Assembly: GCA_965223265.1 (NCBI GenBank)
Contig: OZ244999.1
Coordinates: 6,784,001 to 6,848,000 of the forward strand
Direction: 5' to 3'
DNA: 64,000 bases
DNA from: Planctomycetota bacterium
Lineage (GTDB): Bacteria > Planctomycetota > UBA8108 > SXIK01
Positions 29,780 through 40,752 of the stretch are shown here, in pieces; position 1 is the first letter of the stretch, and every line of letters begins with the position of its first letter. A program made the translations under genes and the position numbers. A model generated the notes under the pieces. That model did not search any database. It saw only the letters and a program-made list of their open reading frames with translations, and was not told where the DNA came from.

Positions 29780-32536
29780 TCAACGGGAACCCGCCGCGGC
29801 CCCCGCCTCGACCAGAGTCGCCTTCAAACTGAGCAAGTTCGCGAGCAATCGATATGCACCGGGCACACCGGCTGGCAACTGTCGGAAGAGACCAAGCCCC
29901 GTATAGACCCAGACGCCGCGGCCATAGCGCGCCACGACGAGACTGCCGCGTTTGGGACCCTTGTTGTACGCGAACGAATCTTCGATCTCGAGGAGCGCTG
30001 TGTAACGCTCATCCCACTCACCGAGAAAATAGAGTCCGCGTTCCTGCACCCAACCATCCCAGTCGCGCGCCCCCAATCGATTCGGTTGGCTGAGAATCGG
30101 GTGCTCCGGGAAGAGCGCCCGCACCGGAGCGTCTTCATCCGTGACGCGATCGTGCGGCCGATGGATCGTCAATGGATAGGGGCCGTACTGCGCCGCGTTG
30201 AACTCATACTTGTTGTACTGGACGATCATCACGCCGCCGCTTTTGACGTAGTCAAGCAATCGGTGATTGCTGGCGATCAGATCGTCCCGATCTTTGTATG
30301 CGCGCACGCCGGTGACGATGACATCGTATTTCGACAGATCGTCGCTGCGCAGCGCGGTGCCTTCAAGCTGCGTGACCGGGACGCCGAGCTGCTGAATCGA
30401 GGCATCGACCTCGTCACCCACCCCGACGACGTAGCCGACGTTCGGCTTCCCGGCCACTTCAACGTCGACGACCCTCAATGTCGCTGCGGCGGGCCGAAAG
30501 AGGTGGCGCGTCTCAATGTGATGGTAGGCAATCGTTTCATAGCCCTCGCGGTACTCCCGCTGCCCGTGGCGGGCGACGACGCGGATCGACTGCGATCCTG
30601 GCTCCAGCGCCTCCGGAGCCTGCAGTGTAAAGGAAATCTCGGCCTCATCGCCGCCGCGGGGAAGCTCCACCTGTGCGACCGCGGGCGTTGCTCGCCATCC
30701 GCCTGTGACGCTGACCTCGACATCGACGCGCGCTGCGGCGACGTTCGTGCGCACACGCGCCTGGACGCGCACCGGTGCGGAGTCCGATCGGCTCGACGCG
30801 ATCACAACCCTCGGCGACGCAATGACGGAGATTTCAGGCACGACTTTGAGCGCATGGCTGCGTCGCCGCGCCACGGCAGGGTCGTACGAGCGGGCGACCA
30901 CGGGCTGATCGACGTGAGCTTCGACACCGTGCGATGTGTACGTCCAGCGGGCAGTGAGCGGCGGCGCGACGAACGGTTCGCCACAGTGCTGGGTGTCGAC
31001 ACTGTAGCGACCTGACCACTCAAGGCTGCGTCGCCAGTAGGGTCGCGTCGGCGGGGCGTCTTGTGGGACGCGGACGCGAAAACGACTGCGCGCGACCTCG
31101 CCACGGCCCGGCCGGTCCGCACCGGCCTGTACCGTCTCGACGTGCCAACCCGGGGGCGCCCGCAGCTGGCAGCTCACGCCAGAGACGTCGGCTGGCGAGC
31201 GGTGCGCGAACTCGGTCTCAACCACGAACGCTTCACCTGAAACGACCATGCCGTCCGGATCGCCTTTCGCGCCCGCATCGCCCGTGACATATGCATCGTA
31301 GTGTAGAAAATGAGACTTGGCAGCCGCGTCGACCCAATCCTCCTCTTCCCGCTCGAGCAGAAACGGCACCTCGGTGCGCGCTGGACGGTCGCTGTCGGCT
31401 TCCGCGTCACTGTCGACGATCCGTTTCACTCGCCGCAGCTCCGCTAGACCCGACATGATCTGCTGACGCAGCTCATCGTAGTCGCGAAGGCGGAACGCGT
31501 TTGTAACAGCTCGTATGGTGTCGCTCCAACGATCAAGGTCCACACCGCGCGGCAGAGGCTTCAGAGACGCTCGCAGACGCGAGACGACGTCTGTGTGCAC
31601 ACCCTCGAAAAGTGCACCGCCCTCAGCGGCAGTGCCGACAAACGAGACCGCCAAACTATACCAGCGCGATTGCGGCCCCACGACAGGAGGTGCGTTCATG
31701 CCCTGAGATCGATGCTGGTTGCGAGCCAAGGCGCCGAACTCCGCATAGGACATGCCAAGCAGCGCGTCGAAGCCGCCAAGCTGGACTCTCACCATACGGC
31801 GTGAAGAGTCAGCATCACGATCTCCCCAATGAGCGCGATAAAGCTTCACCGGCTGCCAAGGCTCTAGCCCCGCAGCGAACTGTTCGGGAAAACGGCTGCG
31901 ATCGCCAGCGGCGAAGAAGGCTTCTGTCGCCAGACGCGCACTCGCTTGATGATGCTGCCCGCCGCCGGCGCCGATAGGAACCAACGTCACAACAACATCC
32001 GGGCGAAACGCGCGCAGGATACGAACGATGTCGGCCACGGTCTCATCATGCCCCCACGCCTCGTAGGTCTCCTCGACGCTGAAACTGTAACCGAAGTCGA
32101 TCACACTCCCGAAGAACTGCTCGACTCCGTCCAAGCGGTGAACAGCGAGTAGCTCTTCGGAGCGCAGAATGCCAATGGCCTGGCGGAGCTCCGGTCCGAT
32201 CTCGTTCTGCCCGCCCTCGCCGCGCGTGAGCGTCAAGGTCCCGAGACGATGTCCTTCGCCGCGACCAAGGCGTGCAAGCAGGGCGCTGTCCTCATCGTCC
32301 GGGTGCGCCGTGATGTAGAGGAGAGAAGCCGTCGACTGGAGACGCCGGAGCGCCAGCCCCAGACCGACGTCGCCACGATCCACAAAGAGGGGCTCGTGCT
32401 GGGCGCGAGCGGGCAAAGTAGGGAGCAGCGTCACGACGATACAAACCGCAGCGAACCTCTCGCGCGTCCAGCGAAGGCATCGTCTGCGTCGAGACGCGGG
32501 CTCAGACAAGCACGTTGAAGTCGACGGTGCGTTCAT
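29780..32536 (-). CDS. Exported PIG-L/LmbE-family deacetylase with NEW3-like and class I GATase-like domains
   Basis: AHPDDED, LTRGEGGQN, DFGYS, HRSQG, RVTDEDAP, WVQERGLYF, RQLPAGVPGAYRLLANL; signal peptide ending PARA. Confidence 0.88.
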   Translation of the reverse strand: MNAPSTSTCLSEPASRRRRCLRWTRERFAAVCIVVTLLPTLPARAQHEPLFVDRGDVGLGLALRRLQSTASLLYITAHPDDEDSALLARLGRGEGHRLGTLTLTRGEGGQNEIGPELRQAIGILRSEELLAVHRLDGVEQFFGSVIDFGYSFSVEETYEAWGHDETVADIVRILRAFRPDVVVTLVPIGAGGGQHHQASARLATEAFFAAGDRSRFPEQFAAGLEPWQPVKLYRAHWGDRDADSSRRMVRVQLGGFDALLGMSYAEFGALARNQHRSQGMNAPPVVGPQSRWYSLAVSFVGTAAEGGALFEGVHTDVVSRLRASLKPLPRGVDLDRWSDTIRAVTNAFRLRDYDELRQQIMSGLAELRRVKRIVDSDAEADSDRPARTEVPFLLEREEEDWVDAAAKSHFLHYDAYVTGDAGAKGDPDGMVVSGEAFVVETEFAHRSPADVSGVSCQLRAPPGWHVETVQAGADRPGRGEVARSRFRVRVPQDAPPTRPYWRRSLEWSGRYSVDTQHCGEPFVAPPLTARWTYTSHGVEAHVDQPVVARSYDPAVARRRSHALKVVPEISVIASPRVVIASSRSDSAPVRVQARVRTNVAAARVDVEVSVTGGWRATPAVAQVELPRGGDEAEISFTLQAPEALEPGSQSIRVVARHGQREYREGYETIAYHHIETRHLFRPAAATLRVVDVEVAGKPNVGYVVGVGDEVDASIQQLGVPVTQLEGTALRSDDLSKYDVIVTGVRAYKDRDDLIASNHRLLDYVKSGGVMIVQYNKYEFNAAQYGPYPLTIHRPHDRVTDEDAPVRALFPEHPILSQPNRLGARDWDGWVQERGLYFLGEWDERYTALLEIEDSFAYNKGPKRGSLVVARYGRGVWVYTGLGLFRQLPAGVPGAYRLLANLLSLKATLVEAGAAAGSR

Positions 32537-32642
32537 CGCTGTGTGGCGACACCTCTGACTCGATCCGAAGCGGCGACGGCATAGGCAACTGTAACGATGC
32601 GAGCGCGAGTGAGTCCACCGCACCACCCTCGTGAAACCGGCA

Positions 32643-33941
32643 TCAGCTGCGCCCCTCAGCAGCGGCGACCTCTTCCAGCGCCGCGCCGATCGCCTCTCCA
32701 ATGCGATCGATGTCGTCGTCGGTGTGCGCCAGCGAGAGAAAAAACGCCTCGTACTGCGACGGCGGAAACGCCACGCCGCGCGCCAGCAGGGCGTGAAAGA
32801 ACTTGCCATACAAATCGGTGCGAACGCCGTCAAGTGAATCGAGACTCACCACAGGGCCTGGTGCGAAGAACAGTGTCGCCATCGAACCGACGCGCTGATA
32901 AGAAAGCGGAAGATCGGCGCTCGCAAGTGCTCGCATGACGTGACCCTCAAGACGCTCCGCCTTCGCCTCAAGCTCACGGTAGACGTCACCGCGACCGAGC
33001 ACAGCGAGCGTCGCCAGACCAGCAGCAGTGGCGAGCGGATTGCCGGACAGCGTCCCGGCCTGGTAGACCGGCCCCTCGGGCGCCAGCTGACTGACGATCT
33101 CGCGACGACCTCCGACGGCTGCGAGCGGCATGCCACCGCCGACCACCTTGCCGAGCGTCGTCAGATCCGGTGCGACGTCGTAAAACTGCTGCGCGCCGCC
33201 GCGAGCAACGCGAAAACCTGTCATGACCTCGTCGAGAATCAGGAGCGCCCCGTGTCGCGTGCAAAGATCGCGCAAGGTCGTGAGAAACCCAGGCCGCGGC
33301 GGTACGGTGCCCATGTTGCCGGCGATCGGCTCAACGATGACCGCGGCAATCTCCGGTCCGAACTCGCTAAAGAGGCGCGAGACGTCGTCAACGTCGTTGA
33401 ATCGAGCCGTTAGAGTCAACTCCGCGAGCGCGCGCGGCACCCCCGGGCTCGACGGCACCCCCAGGGTCAACGCGCCGGACCCGGCCTGAATCAAGAAGCT
33501 GTCGGCGTGACCGTGGTAACAACCGGCGAACTTGACGATGCGATCGCGTCCTGTGACGCCGCGCGCCAGTCGAATCGCCACCATGCACGCCTCGGTGCCG
33601 GAGTTCGTCAGACGCACAAGCTCAACGCTCGGCACTCGGTCGCAGATCGTCTCCGCCAGCTCGACTTCCGCCGCAGTCGGAGCACCGAACGTCCAGCCAC
33701 CCGCGATTGCCGCCCGAAGCGCCTCCTCGACCTCGGGGTGGCGATGCCCGAGAATCAGTGGCCCCCATGAGCCGACACAGTCGATCAGCTCGCGCCCAGC
33801 GACGTCGACGACACGTGCGCCTTCGCCGCGCGCGTAAAAGACCGGAGACCCGCCCACCGACCCAAAGGCGCGGACGGGTGAGTTCACCCCTCCGGGAATC
33901 GACTTTTTGGCTCGTTCGAAAAGTTCTTCGTTCTGATTCAT
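32643..33941 (-). CDS. hemL: Glutamate-1-semialdehyde 2,1-aminomutase
   Basis: PGGVNSPVRAF, SWGPLILGH, NSGTEA, GCYHGH, DEVMTGFR, LGKVVGGG, QAGTLSGNP, PPSQYEA. Confidence 0.97.
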   Translation of the reverse strand: MNQNEELFERAKKSIPGGVNSPVRAFGSVGGSPVFYARGEGARVVDVAGRELIDCVGSWGPLILGHRHPEVEEALRAAIAGGWTFGAPTAAEVELAETICDRVPSVELVRLTNSGTEACMVAIRLARGVTGRDRIVKFAGCYHGHADSFLIQAGSGALTLGVPSSPGVPRALAELTLTARFNDVDDVSRLFSEFGPEIAAVIVEPIAGNMGTVPPRPGFLTTLRDLCTRHGALLILDEVMTGFRVARGGAQQFYDVAPDLTTLGKVVGGGMPLAAVGGRREIVSQLAPEGPVYQAGTLSGNPLATAAGLATLAVLGRGDVYRELEAKAERLEGHVMRALASADLPLSYQRVGSMATLFFAPGPVVSLDSLDGVRTDLYGKFFHALLARGVAFPPSQYEAFFLSLAHTDDDIDRIGEAIGAALEEVAAAEGRS

Positions 33942-34078
33942 TCCGATTCACTCAGCTTTCTTCTGCGACGCGCCAGCCCACTCACGCCGGACACAGCACT
34001 GATTCTTCTTGTTGACGACATCTGCTGAGATCTGCGCCGCGCATCGCGGCCATCATACTGCGAAGGCCTGGATGCAGT

Positions 34079-35146
34079 TCACGGCGGCACAGAAAACGCC
34101 TTAGCCTCCTCGACGAAGACCTCCACCGCCTCGATCGGTGTGTCGCGGTGAATGCCGTGCCCAAGGTTGAGGACGTGACCAGCATCGGGCGCCATACTTT
34201 GGAGCAGCTCTCGCGTCTTGCGGCGGATCACTGCAGCGGGCGCAAAGAGTGTCGCCGGGTCGAGGTTCCCTTGGAGTGCCAGCCCAGAGCCAACGCGCTC
34301 GCGTACCGACGCCAGCGGCTCCCGCCAGTCAACACTGAGCGCCGTCGCCCCACTCTGCGCCATGCTCGTGAGTAAATGGGGACCACCGTTGACGTAGAGG
34401 ATTCCCGGCGCGCGGCACTCCGCGACGCGGGCGAAAATGCGCTTCTGGTAAGGCAACGCGAACTCGTTGTAGGCTTCAAGACTGAGGATTCCTGCCCACG
34501 TGTCGAACAGCTGCACGGCGTCAGCGCCGGCATCGATCTGTAGCGACAGATAATCACAGGTCGCGTCCGTCAAACGCGCGAGCAGGTCGTGCAGTAGATG
34601 CGGATCTTCGACTGCCAAACGCCGAATGCGCTCGCCACCGCGAAACTCCCCCTCCACCAAATACGTTGCCAGAGTGAATGGAGCACCGGCGAAACCAAGC
34701 ACCGCGAGCGCGGGAGAGACTTCACTGCGCAAAGCTTTGAGCGAATCGAGAACGACGCCAATTCCGCGTTTGGGATCGCGCGCTTCCAGGTCGGGGGGAT
34801 GTAAAGCCTCGACATGCGAGCGTTCTCTGATCGGGTGAAGGAACGCAGGCCCGCGATCATCGAATCGCAGAGGCGCTCCCATCGCCTCGGGTAGAAACAG
34901 TATGTCGTAAAAAACGATCGCCGCGTCGAATTCGAACCTCCGCAGCGGCTGCAGCGAAATCTCAACCGCCAGTTCTGGTGACGTACACATCTCAACGAAC
35001 GTGTGACGTCGACGAAGCTCCTGATACTCGGGCAGGTAGCGCCCAGCCTGGCGCATGATCCACACTGGTGGTCGATCGCGATTCTGCCGCCGGCAGGCGC
35101 GAAGGAAAAGCGAGGTAACAGGGTCTTGAGAGGCGTTGCGTGACAA
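34079..35146 (-). CDS. hemE: Uroporphyrinogen decarboxylase (start TTG 35146 or 35158)
   Basis: PVWIMRQAGRYLPEY, GFAGAPFTLATY, QLFDTWAG, LQGNLDP, NLGHGI. Confidence 0.96.
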   Translation of the reverse strand: MSRNASQDPVTSLFLRACRRQNRDRPPVWIMRQAGRYLPEYQELRRRHTFVEMCTSPELAVEISLQPLRRFEFDAAIVFYDILFLPEAMGAPLRFDDRGPAFLHPIRERSHVEALHPPDLEARDPKRGIGVVLDSLKALRSEVSPALAVLGFAGAPFTLATYLVEGEFRGGERIRRLAVEDPHLLHDLLARLTDATCDYLSLQIDAGADAVQLFDTWAGILSLEAYNEFALPYQKRIFARVAECRAPGILYVNGGPHLLTSMAQSGATALSVDWREPLASVRERVGSGLALQGNLDPATLFAPAAVIRRKTRELLQSMAPDAGHVLNLGHGIHRDTPIEAVEVFVEEAKAFSVPP

Positions 35147-35502
35147 CGGTGTCCTCAAATCTCCGCGCCAGGAAGGGTTCGCCGCGCCGTGGTCGCATCG
35201 TCACCGAGACTCATAAGACGCGCTGCGAGCAGTTCATAGAAGAAACCGTTTTGCCCGATATAGGTGCAGAATACCAGTCTCGGAAACGCCGGAAACCCGA
35301 CGCATCGGCGGTTCACGCGCCTACGTGCGATTCAGCGCCGGTTTTGTCTTTCGCTCTCGGGTTCGGTAAGATAGTTTTCTTGGCCTGATTCTGGCCTCGA
35401 GTTTGGCCCGAACGCACCGAAGCCACAACCCGCTCATGCAGGCGCCACCGCGGAAGCGTCGTCGAGTCAACGCCGCTGGATTGAATTCTTCAGACGTAGC
35501 GC

Positions 35503-36933
35503 ATGGAATTCCTTGTTTTCGGCCTCAACCACCGCACCGCACCGCTCGAAGTCCGCGAGCGATGGGCGGTCTCTTCGAACGATGCGCCCACCTTGCTCAA
35601 AGGCCTGCGCGGTCGTCTCGAGAAGTCGGAGCACCTTGTCCTATCGACCTGCAACCGGACAGAGTTCTATTGCAGTGTTCCGATGGGGAGCGCACCTTTT
35701 CGGACCGGCGGTAGCGGGCACATTGCGAGTGCTGCTACTAACGGGCAGAAGCTCATCGAGAACGCTCGGCGCGGCGCTCTCGATTTCTATCGCAGTGCAC
35801 GCCAACTAGCGCGGGACGACAATACCGCAACGCCGGATCCAGGTTGTTTCTATCTCTACCGACAAGAGGTGGCGCTCGAGCATCTCTTCCGCCTTGCGGG
35901 CGGCCTCGATTCGATGATTCTCGGCGAGACCCAGATCCTCAAGCAACTCAAGGACGCATTCGCGATCGCGCAGCAGGCTGAGTCTGCCGGCCGGTTTTTC
36001 CATAGAGTCTTTCCCGCCGCTCTGCGCGTCGGCAAGCTGGTGCGTACGACCACCTCGATCACGGACGGGTGTATCACTCCCGGGCAGGCTGCGTTGGCTT
36101 TGGCGCGACAGGTGCTCCGTGACCTCCGCGGGCACAAGTTGGCCGTCGTCGGCTCGGGAAAGATCGCTCGGCTGGCACTCCAGGCGGCCGACGCAGAGTC
36201 GCTCGAGTGCCACGTTCTGAACCGCACCTTCGCCAACGCCAACGAACTCGTCTGCGAAGTCGGCGCTGGAACAGCGCGTGATTGGACACAGCTGCGAGAG
36301 GTTCTAGCCGACGTCGACATCATCGTCTCAACAACGGGGTCGGTCGAGCCGATCATGACACGCGTCCAGCTCGAAGCGATTCAACGACAACGGCACGGGC
36401 GTCAGCTCGTCGTGGTGGACCTCGCCATCCCGCGTGATTTTGAACCTGAGGCGGCGACCGTTCCAGGTGTCACGCTCTTCAACCTGGACGACCTCAACGA
36501 GGTGATCCAAGAAAACGTTGAGCGCAGACACCAAGAGATCCCTCACGCCGAACGCATTATCCGTGACGAGCTGAGCAGCTTCCAGGGCAGCATGATCTAC
36601 ATGCAGGTCGACCCTGTGCTCAAGCATCTCGTGCACCGCTTCGAACAGATTCGTTTGGGAGTGCTCCAGTCGCACCTCGATCACTTCCCATCGGATTTGC
36701 ACGGTAAAGTCGATCAGCTCACGAATGCGCTGATGAAGAAGCTGCTGCACTTCCCCATCGAAAAACTGAAATCGCTGCGCAACATTCGCGACCTGGACGA
36801 AGCTGAGGTGAGGTTTCTCCAGCGCTTGTTCCTCACCGACCCACCTGCGCCATCGTTTCGAGCTTCTGATTCCCGGCAGGATCCTCCTGACTTTCCGTCT
36901 GACGGCCCCGCGGAGGATCGCCCCCGCCGGTGA
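35503..36933 (+). CDS. hemA: Glutamyl-tRNA reductase
   Basis: GLNHRTAPLEVRE, STCNRTE, GLDSMILGETQILKQ, VGSGKIA, NRT, DLAIPRD. Confidence 0.96.
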   Translation: MEFLVFGLNHRTAPLEVRERWAVSSNDAPTLLKGLRGRLEKSEHLVLSTCNRTEFYCSVPMGSAPFRTGGSGHIASAATNGQKLIENARRGALDFYRSARQLARDDNTATPDPGCFYLYRQEVALEHLFRLAGGLDSMILGETQILKQLKDAFAIAQQAESAGRFFHRVFPAALRVGKLVRTTTSITDGCITPGQAALALARQVLRDLRGHKLAVVGSGKIARLALQAADAESLECHVLNRTFANANELVCEVGAGTARDWTQLREVLADVDIIVSTTGSVEPIMTRVQLEAIQRQRHGRQLVVVDLAIPRDFEPEAATVPGVTLFNLDDLNEVIQENVERRHQEIPHAERIIRDELSSFQGSMIYMQVDPVLKHLVHRFEQIRLGVLQSHLDHFPSDLHGKVDQLTNALMKKLLHFPIEKLKSLRNIRDLDEAEVRFLQRLFLTDPPAPSFRASDSRQDPPDFPSDGPAEDRPRR

Positions 36934-37010
36934 GATGGAAACGTAAGGACTCAATAGGCCTTCGAGGCAGCGTTTCCAACGACCGCACTCGCCTGATCAA
37001 TAGGTAGGTC

Positions 37011-37955
37011 ATGAAGAATCGCCGTCAGCTACGCCTCGGCACGCGTGGGAGCCCTTTAGCGTTGTGGCAAGCCCGCTGGATCGCAGAACGGCTGCAGGAA
37101 ACGACGCAGCGGAGCGTAGAGCTACATGTCGTCAAGACGGTCGCCGAGAAGTTCCCTGAGCGCAGTCTCACAGCCATGGGTGTTGGCGTCTTCACCAGGG
37201 AACTCGACGACGTGCTCCTTCGCGGTGAGATTGACTTAGCTGTTCACAGCTTGAAGGACGTGCCGTCAGAGCTTCACCCGCAGCTGACGATCGCGGCCGT
37301 GCCGCTGCGCGCGAGCGCATGGGACGCATGGATCTCCGCCGACGGCGTGAAGTTCGGCGCGCTGCCGCCTGGCAGCCGCATCGGGACAGCAAGTCCGCGG
37401 CGACAGGCGCAGCTGCTCGCGTATCGCCGCGATCTCGAGTTCACACCGCTACGCGGCAACATCGACACGCGCCTCGAAAAGATGCGCCAGCTCGGACTCG
37501 GAGGCATCGTCCTCGCGCAAGCAGGGCTCGAACGTTTAGGTCGGGGCGATCTAATCACCGAGGCGCTCGAGCTCGAATACCTCGTGCCAGCGGTAGCGCA
37601 GGGAGCACTCGCGGTCATGACCCGGCTCGACAACCTTTCGCTGCGTGAGGAGCTGTGTGCCCTCGAGGATGTCCAGAGTCGAACGTGTGTCGACTGTGAG
37701 CGATCTTTTCTGCAGCGTCTGCGCGGCGGTTGTCAGGTACCGGCTGGGGCCTACGCGAGGTACGTCGACGGGGGTCGAGTGCACATCGTTGGAGCGCTGG
37801 CGACGACTGACGGCCGTACATGTTTGCGCGATGAGCTCGAGGGTGCGAGTGCAGACGCCGCAGCGCTGGGCGCCCTTTTAGCGCAGCGATTGATCGGCGC
37901 CGGCGGCGAAGCCATTCTCGCCGAGCTACGAGGAGGCGGCGCTGTTGAGAGCTGA
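37011..37955 (+). CDS. hemC: Hydroxymethylbilane synthase (porphobilinogen deaminase)
   Basis: GTRGSPLALWQ, AVHSLKD, GTASPRR, RGNIDTR, PAVAQGAL, GGCQVP. Confidence 0.96.
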   Translation: MKNRRQLRLGTRGSPLALWQARWIAERLQETTQRSVELHVVKTVAEKFPERSLTAMGVGVFTRELDDVLLRGEIDLAVHSLKDVPSELHPQLTIAAVPLRASAWDAWISADGVKFGALPPGSRIGTASPRRQAQLLAYRRDLEFTPLRGNIDTRLEKMRQLGLGGIVLAQAGLERLGRGDLITEALELEYLVPAVAQGALAVMTRLDNLSLREELCALEDVQSRTCVDCERSFLQRLRGGCQVPAGAYARYVDGGRVHIVGALATTDGRTCLRDELEGASADAAALGALLAQRLIGAGGEAILAELRGGGAVES

Positions 37956-38050
37956 GATAGATGCGACGCTTGCGAGCAAACCATCGACGCGCAGGACCGA
38001 ACGGGGACGACGGGCCCGGGACTGAGCAGAGAAACTGAGCAGAGAAGACG

Positions 38051-38842
38051 ATGGCGATGCGTAGCAACCTCAAAAACCGAATCGTGGTGGTGACGAGGAG
38101 CCGCGAAGAGAATCGACGCCTGGCCGCACGCCTGCGAGAGTACGGAGCGAGCGTCATCGAAGTCCCGACCCTGCGCTTTGTCCCGACGCCGCCTTCTCCC
38201 GAAACTAACGCGCTCATTGCAACTGCGGACGTCTACACCCACGTCGCATTCACCAGTCCACGCGCGGTCCGTTTCTTCGCTGCGCGTCTCGAGGACTCCA
38301 CGGTCGCGCCGGAGGGCTGGAGGCGTCTCGCAACGGCTGTCGTCGGACCGCAGACGGCGAGGGCCGCGCTGCAGTACGGCTGGAACCCAACGATTGAGTC
38401 GAGGGGCGGCGGCGCAGCGCTGGCGCGGGCGCTCGCCCCGAGTGGTGCCGTTGAAAAGAACACCCACGTGCTACTCCCGGTGTCAGCCATCGCCTCGTCC
38501 GATCTAGCCGAGACGCTCGTGAGCGCAGGCGCCCAGGTCACACGACTCATCGTCTACGAAACGCAGACTGAGGGACCCGATGCGGCGACGGCGCTCCTAA
38601 CGCACCTCAACGCGCATCGCGCGCCCGATGCGATCGCGTTCGCCAGCCCCTCGGCCGTAAGCACGTTTCTCCTCCTCACTGGCGCACCCGGCCAAGCGAT
38701 GCTCGCAGACAAAAACGTTCGGATCGTATCGATCGGTCCGACGACATCTTCCGCCGTCACTGCGGCTGGCCATCACGTGGACGCGGAGGCGGCACAGCCC
38801 GGCATGGACGAGTTGGTGCAGGCGATCGCGACGGTGCTGTGA
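38051..38842 (+). CDS. hemD: Uroporphyrinogen-III synthase
   Basis: VVTRSRE, FTSPRAV, AVVGPQTA, VYET, FASPSAV, SIGPTT; follows hemC. Confidence 0.92.
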   Translation: MAMRSNLKNRIVVVTRSREENRRLAARLREYGASVIEVPTLRFVPTPPSPETNALIATADVYTHVAFTSPRAVRFFAARLEDSTVAPEGWRRLATAVVGPQTARAALQYGWNPTIESRGGGAALARALAPSGAVEKNTHVLLPVSAIASSDLAETLVSAGAQVTRLIVYETQTEGPDAATALLTHLNAHRAPDAIAFASPSAVSTFLLLTGAPGQAMLADKNVRIVSIGPTTSSAVTAAGHHVDAEAAQPGMDELVQAIATVL

Positions 38843-39002
38843 CCGTCCGTCCACCGGCCAGCCTCACAGCATCACACGTGAAGTCCGCCGCGACGCCCCA
38901 CAGCCGCCGATCAAACCTCAGGACATGGGTTTCTCAACCCTTCGTGCGAAAAACTCATGCGACTGCAGGGACCGATTCCCTCTTCGGTGCTCGATCCGGT
39001 CG

Positions 39003-40214
39003 TTACGACTTCATGTCCCGGTAGAACGTCGCGCCGAGGGCAATGAAAACGCTTGGAGCGAGCCACGACCCCACACGTGCAGGTATGTGGCCGCTCACAC
39101 CGAGCTCTTGAAACATCGAGTGCGTGAGGTGGTAGGAAGCGGCGACGAGGACCGAGAGAATCGCACCGACGAAGACGTTTCGTTGACCAAATCGGACAAC
39201 GATCGGCAGTCCCAGAAAGACCAAAATGAAACTGACAGCAGGCGTTGAGAAACGTCCCATGTACTTGACGACCCAGAGACTCTGATCCGGCGCATCACGT
39301 GTACGGCGGCGGAGATCCGCAAGACTCATGTAGACGGACTGTTCCTCTCGCAGCTCAAAAAACTCCGGCACCAGATTGGTCTCGATAGGGAGCTCGTCGA
39401 ACGCCATCGACAACTCCGGAACCTCGCCCTCGGAGGCGGCGGTGGGGACGATCAACTCACGGTCCTCGCTGTAGCGCTGCACGCGGCCGTCGAGGAGAGT
39501 GAAAAGCGGCGAACCGTCGCCGGCATCGCGCCACACTGCACGTTCAGCATTGATCAAACGCCGTGCTCCCGCACTCTGCCACACCGGGAGAACCAACACA
39601 CCATGGCACTCCTTGGTCATACGGTCGAAGCTGCGGACCGAAATCAGGTTGCCGTGGCTGCGGTCGGGATAATTGAAGTTTTCATAGGTCATGCGCCCGC
39701 TGCGCGACTTGAGCGCCCGTTCGATCGACTCGACAGATCGGGGAATCCACAACTCCTGCAGAGCAAACGTGCAGAGCGAGATGGCGGCGCTCCCGAGAAC
39801 AATCGGCATCAAAGTCCGCTGGAGGCTACGCCCAGAAGCCTGAATCGGGACGACTTCGTTCGCACGCTGAAACGTGGTGACCGCAAAGAGTGCCGAGGCG
39901 ACCGCAGTGACCGGGCCGAGAATCTGACAAAAAGTAACCGGCACCATCGAGACATAGTAGCCGAAGCAAGCGGCGGCGAGTGACCGCAGGTCGCCCCCTT
40001 CGTTCTGCCGCGCGAATCGCTCAAAGTGGTTGACCAGGTCGATCACTACGTAGAGAAACGTGAACGAGAAAACGCACGCAAGGTAGATCGACAAGAATCG
40101 TTTGAAGACGTAACCGTCGAGCGTCTGAATCAGGCTTCTTCGGTGCCGCTTCGTCTCAGAATTTCGTCCGCTTTGACTGGGCATGCAGCGCGTACTCGGG
40201 TCGTTAGTGGCCAA
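39003..40214 (-). CDS. LptF/LptG-family LPS export permease
   Basis: LDGYVFKRFL, 3 TM + NEV...ASGRSLQR, periplasmic jellyroll (NAERAVW), 3 C-terminal TM. Confidence 0.88.
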   Translation of the reverse strand: MATNDPSTRCMPSQSGRNSETKRHRRSLIQTLDGYVFKRFLSIYLACVFSFTFLYVVIDLVNHFERFARQNEGGDLRSLAAACFGYYVSMVPVTFCQILGPVTAVASALFAVTTFQRANEVVPIQASGRSLQRTLMPIVLGSAAISLCTFALQELWIPRSVESIERALKSRSGRMTYENFNYPDRSHGNLISVRSFDRMTKECHGVLVLPVWQSAGARRLINAERAVWRDAGDGSPLFTLLDGRVQRYSEDRELIVPTAASEGEVPELSMAFDELPIETNLVPEFFELREEQSVYMSLADLRRRTRDAPDQSLWVVKYMGRFSTPAVSFILVFLGLPIVVRFGQRNVFVGAILSVLVAASYHLTHSMFQELGVSGHIPARVGSWLAPSVFIALGATFYRDMKS

Positions 40215-40322
40215 GAATCCTACCGCAGCCCCGGCTGGAAATCGACGCCCCCGACGCCGCTACGCGCGACGCCGGTGTCTTCAGGAGTCTCGAGCCGTCA
40301 ACCGAGTTTAACCTTAACTTAA

Positions 40323-40576
40323 CCTCGAGTTTGGCGATTTCGCGCCGGCCTGGCCGGACGAGTTTCGCGGGAATTCAAAGGCCCTTTCAACTTTTTAGTA
40401 CCCTGAGAACCCTTGTGCATGTTCAAAAACTCCTGTCCGGCCCTTCGGGGAACGCCAGGAGCGCCGATGCCTGCGCCCGTCCTCCGCCACGACCCGAGCG
40501 GGATCGCGCCCGAGTCGCTCCTTGGCCTCGACGCTCCTGGCGCTGGCAGGCTCGACGCGAAATGGCCAAACTCGAG
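40323..40576. mobile_element. MITE family A, copy 1 (254 bp, intergenic)
   Basis: Terminal inverted repeats CTCGAGTTTGGC(G/C)ATTTCGCG; TTAA duplication at 40319-40322 and 40577-40580; differs from the copy at 53125-53378 by 4 substitutions. Confidence 0.9.
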
Positions 40577-40580
40577 TTAA

Positions 40581-40752
40581 CAACCCGCCTGAAAAAGTCA
40601 TTCGGCCGAGAAACTGGCCTCTTCACGCCCAGCTCCGAGCCTCGCGGTGCACATCTTATAGAAGAGGGCTCGGAGTTTACCTACGTTCGCTGCGACCGAT
40701 CTGGACGCGAAGCGACCAGTTTTCGACTCGAAGCACTTTTTCAGGCGGGCTG
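40581..40752. mobile_element. MITE family B, long variant (172 bp)
   Basis: TIRs CAACCCGCCTGAAAAAGT / ACTTTTTCAGGCGGGCTG; homologous (inverted) to 48973-49074 plus an internal ~70-bp hairpin-containing segment. Confidence 0.82.

Noticed and set aside
38021-38046. 13-bp tandem duplication ACTGAGCAGAGAA x2 before hemD
   Set aside because: Only two units and no spacers; likely a local slippage event, not CRISPR.
32643-38842. Heme cluster lacking hemB and late-pathway genes
   Set aside because: Split tetrapyrrole clusters are common; the other genes are probably elsewhere.
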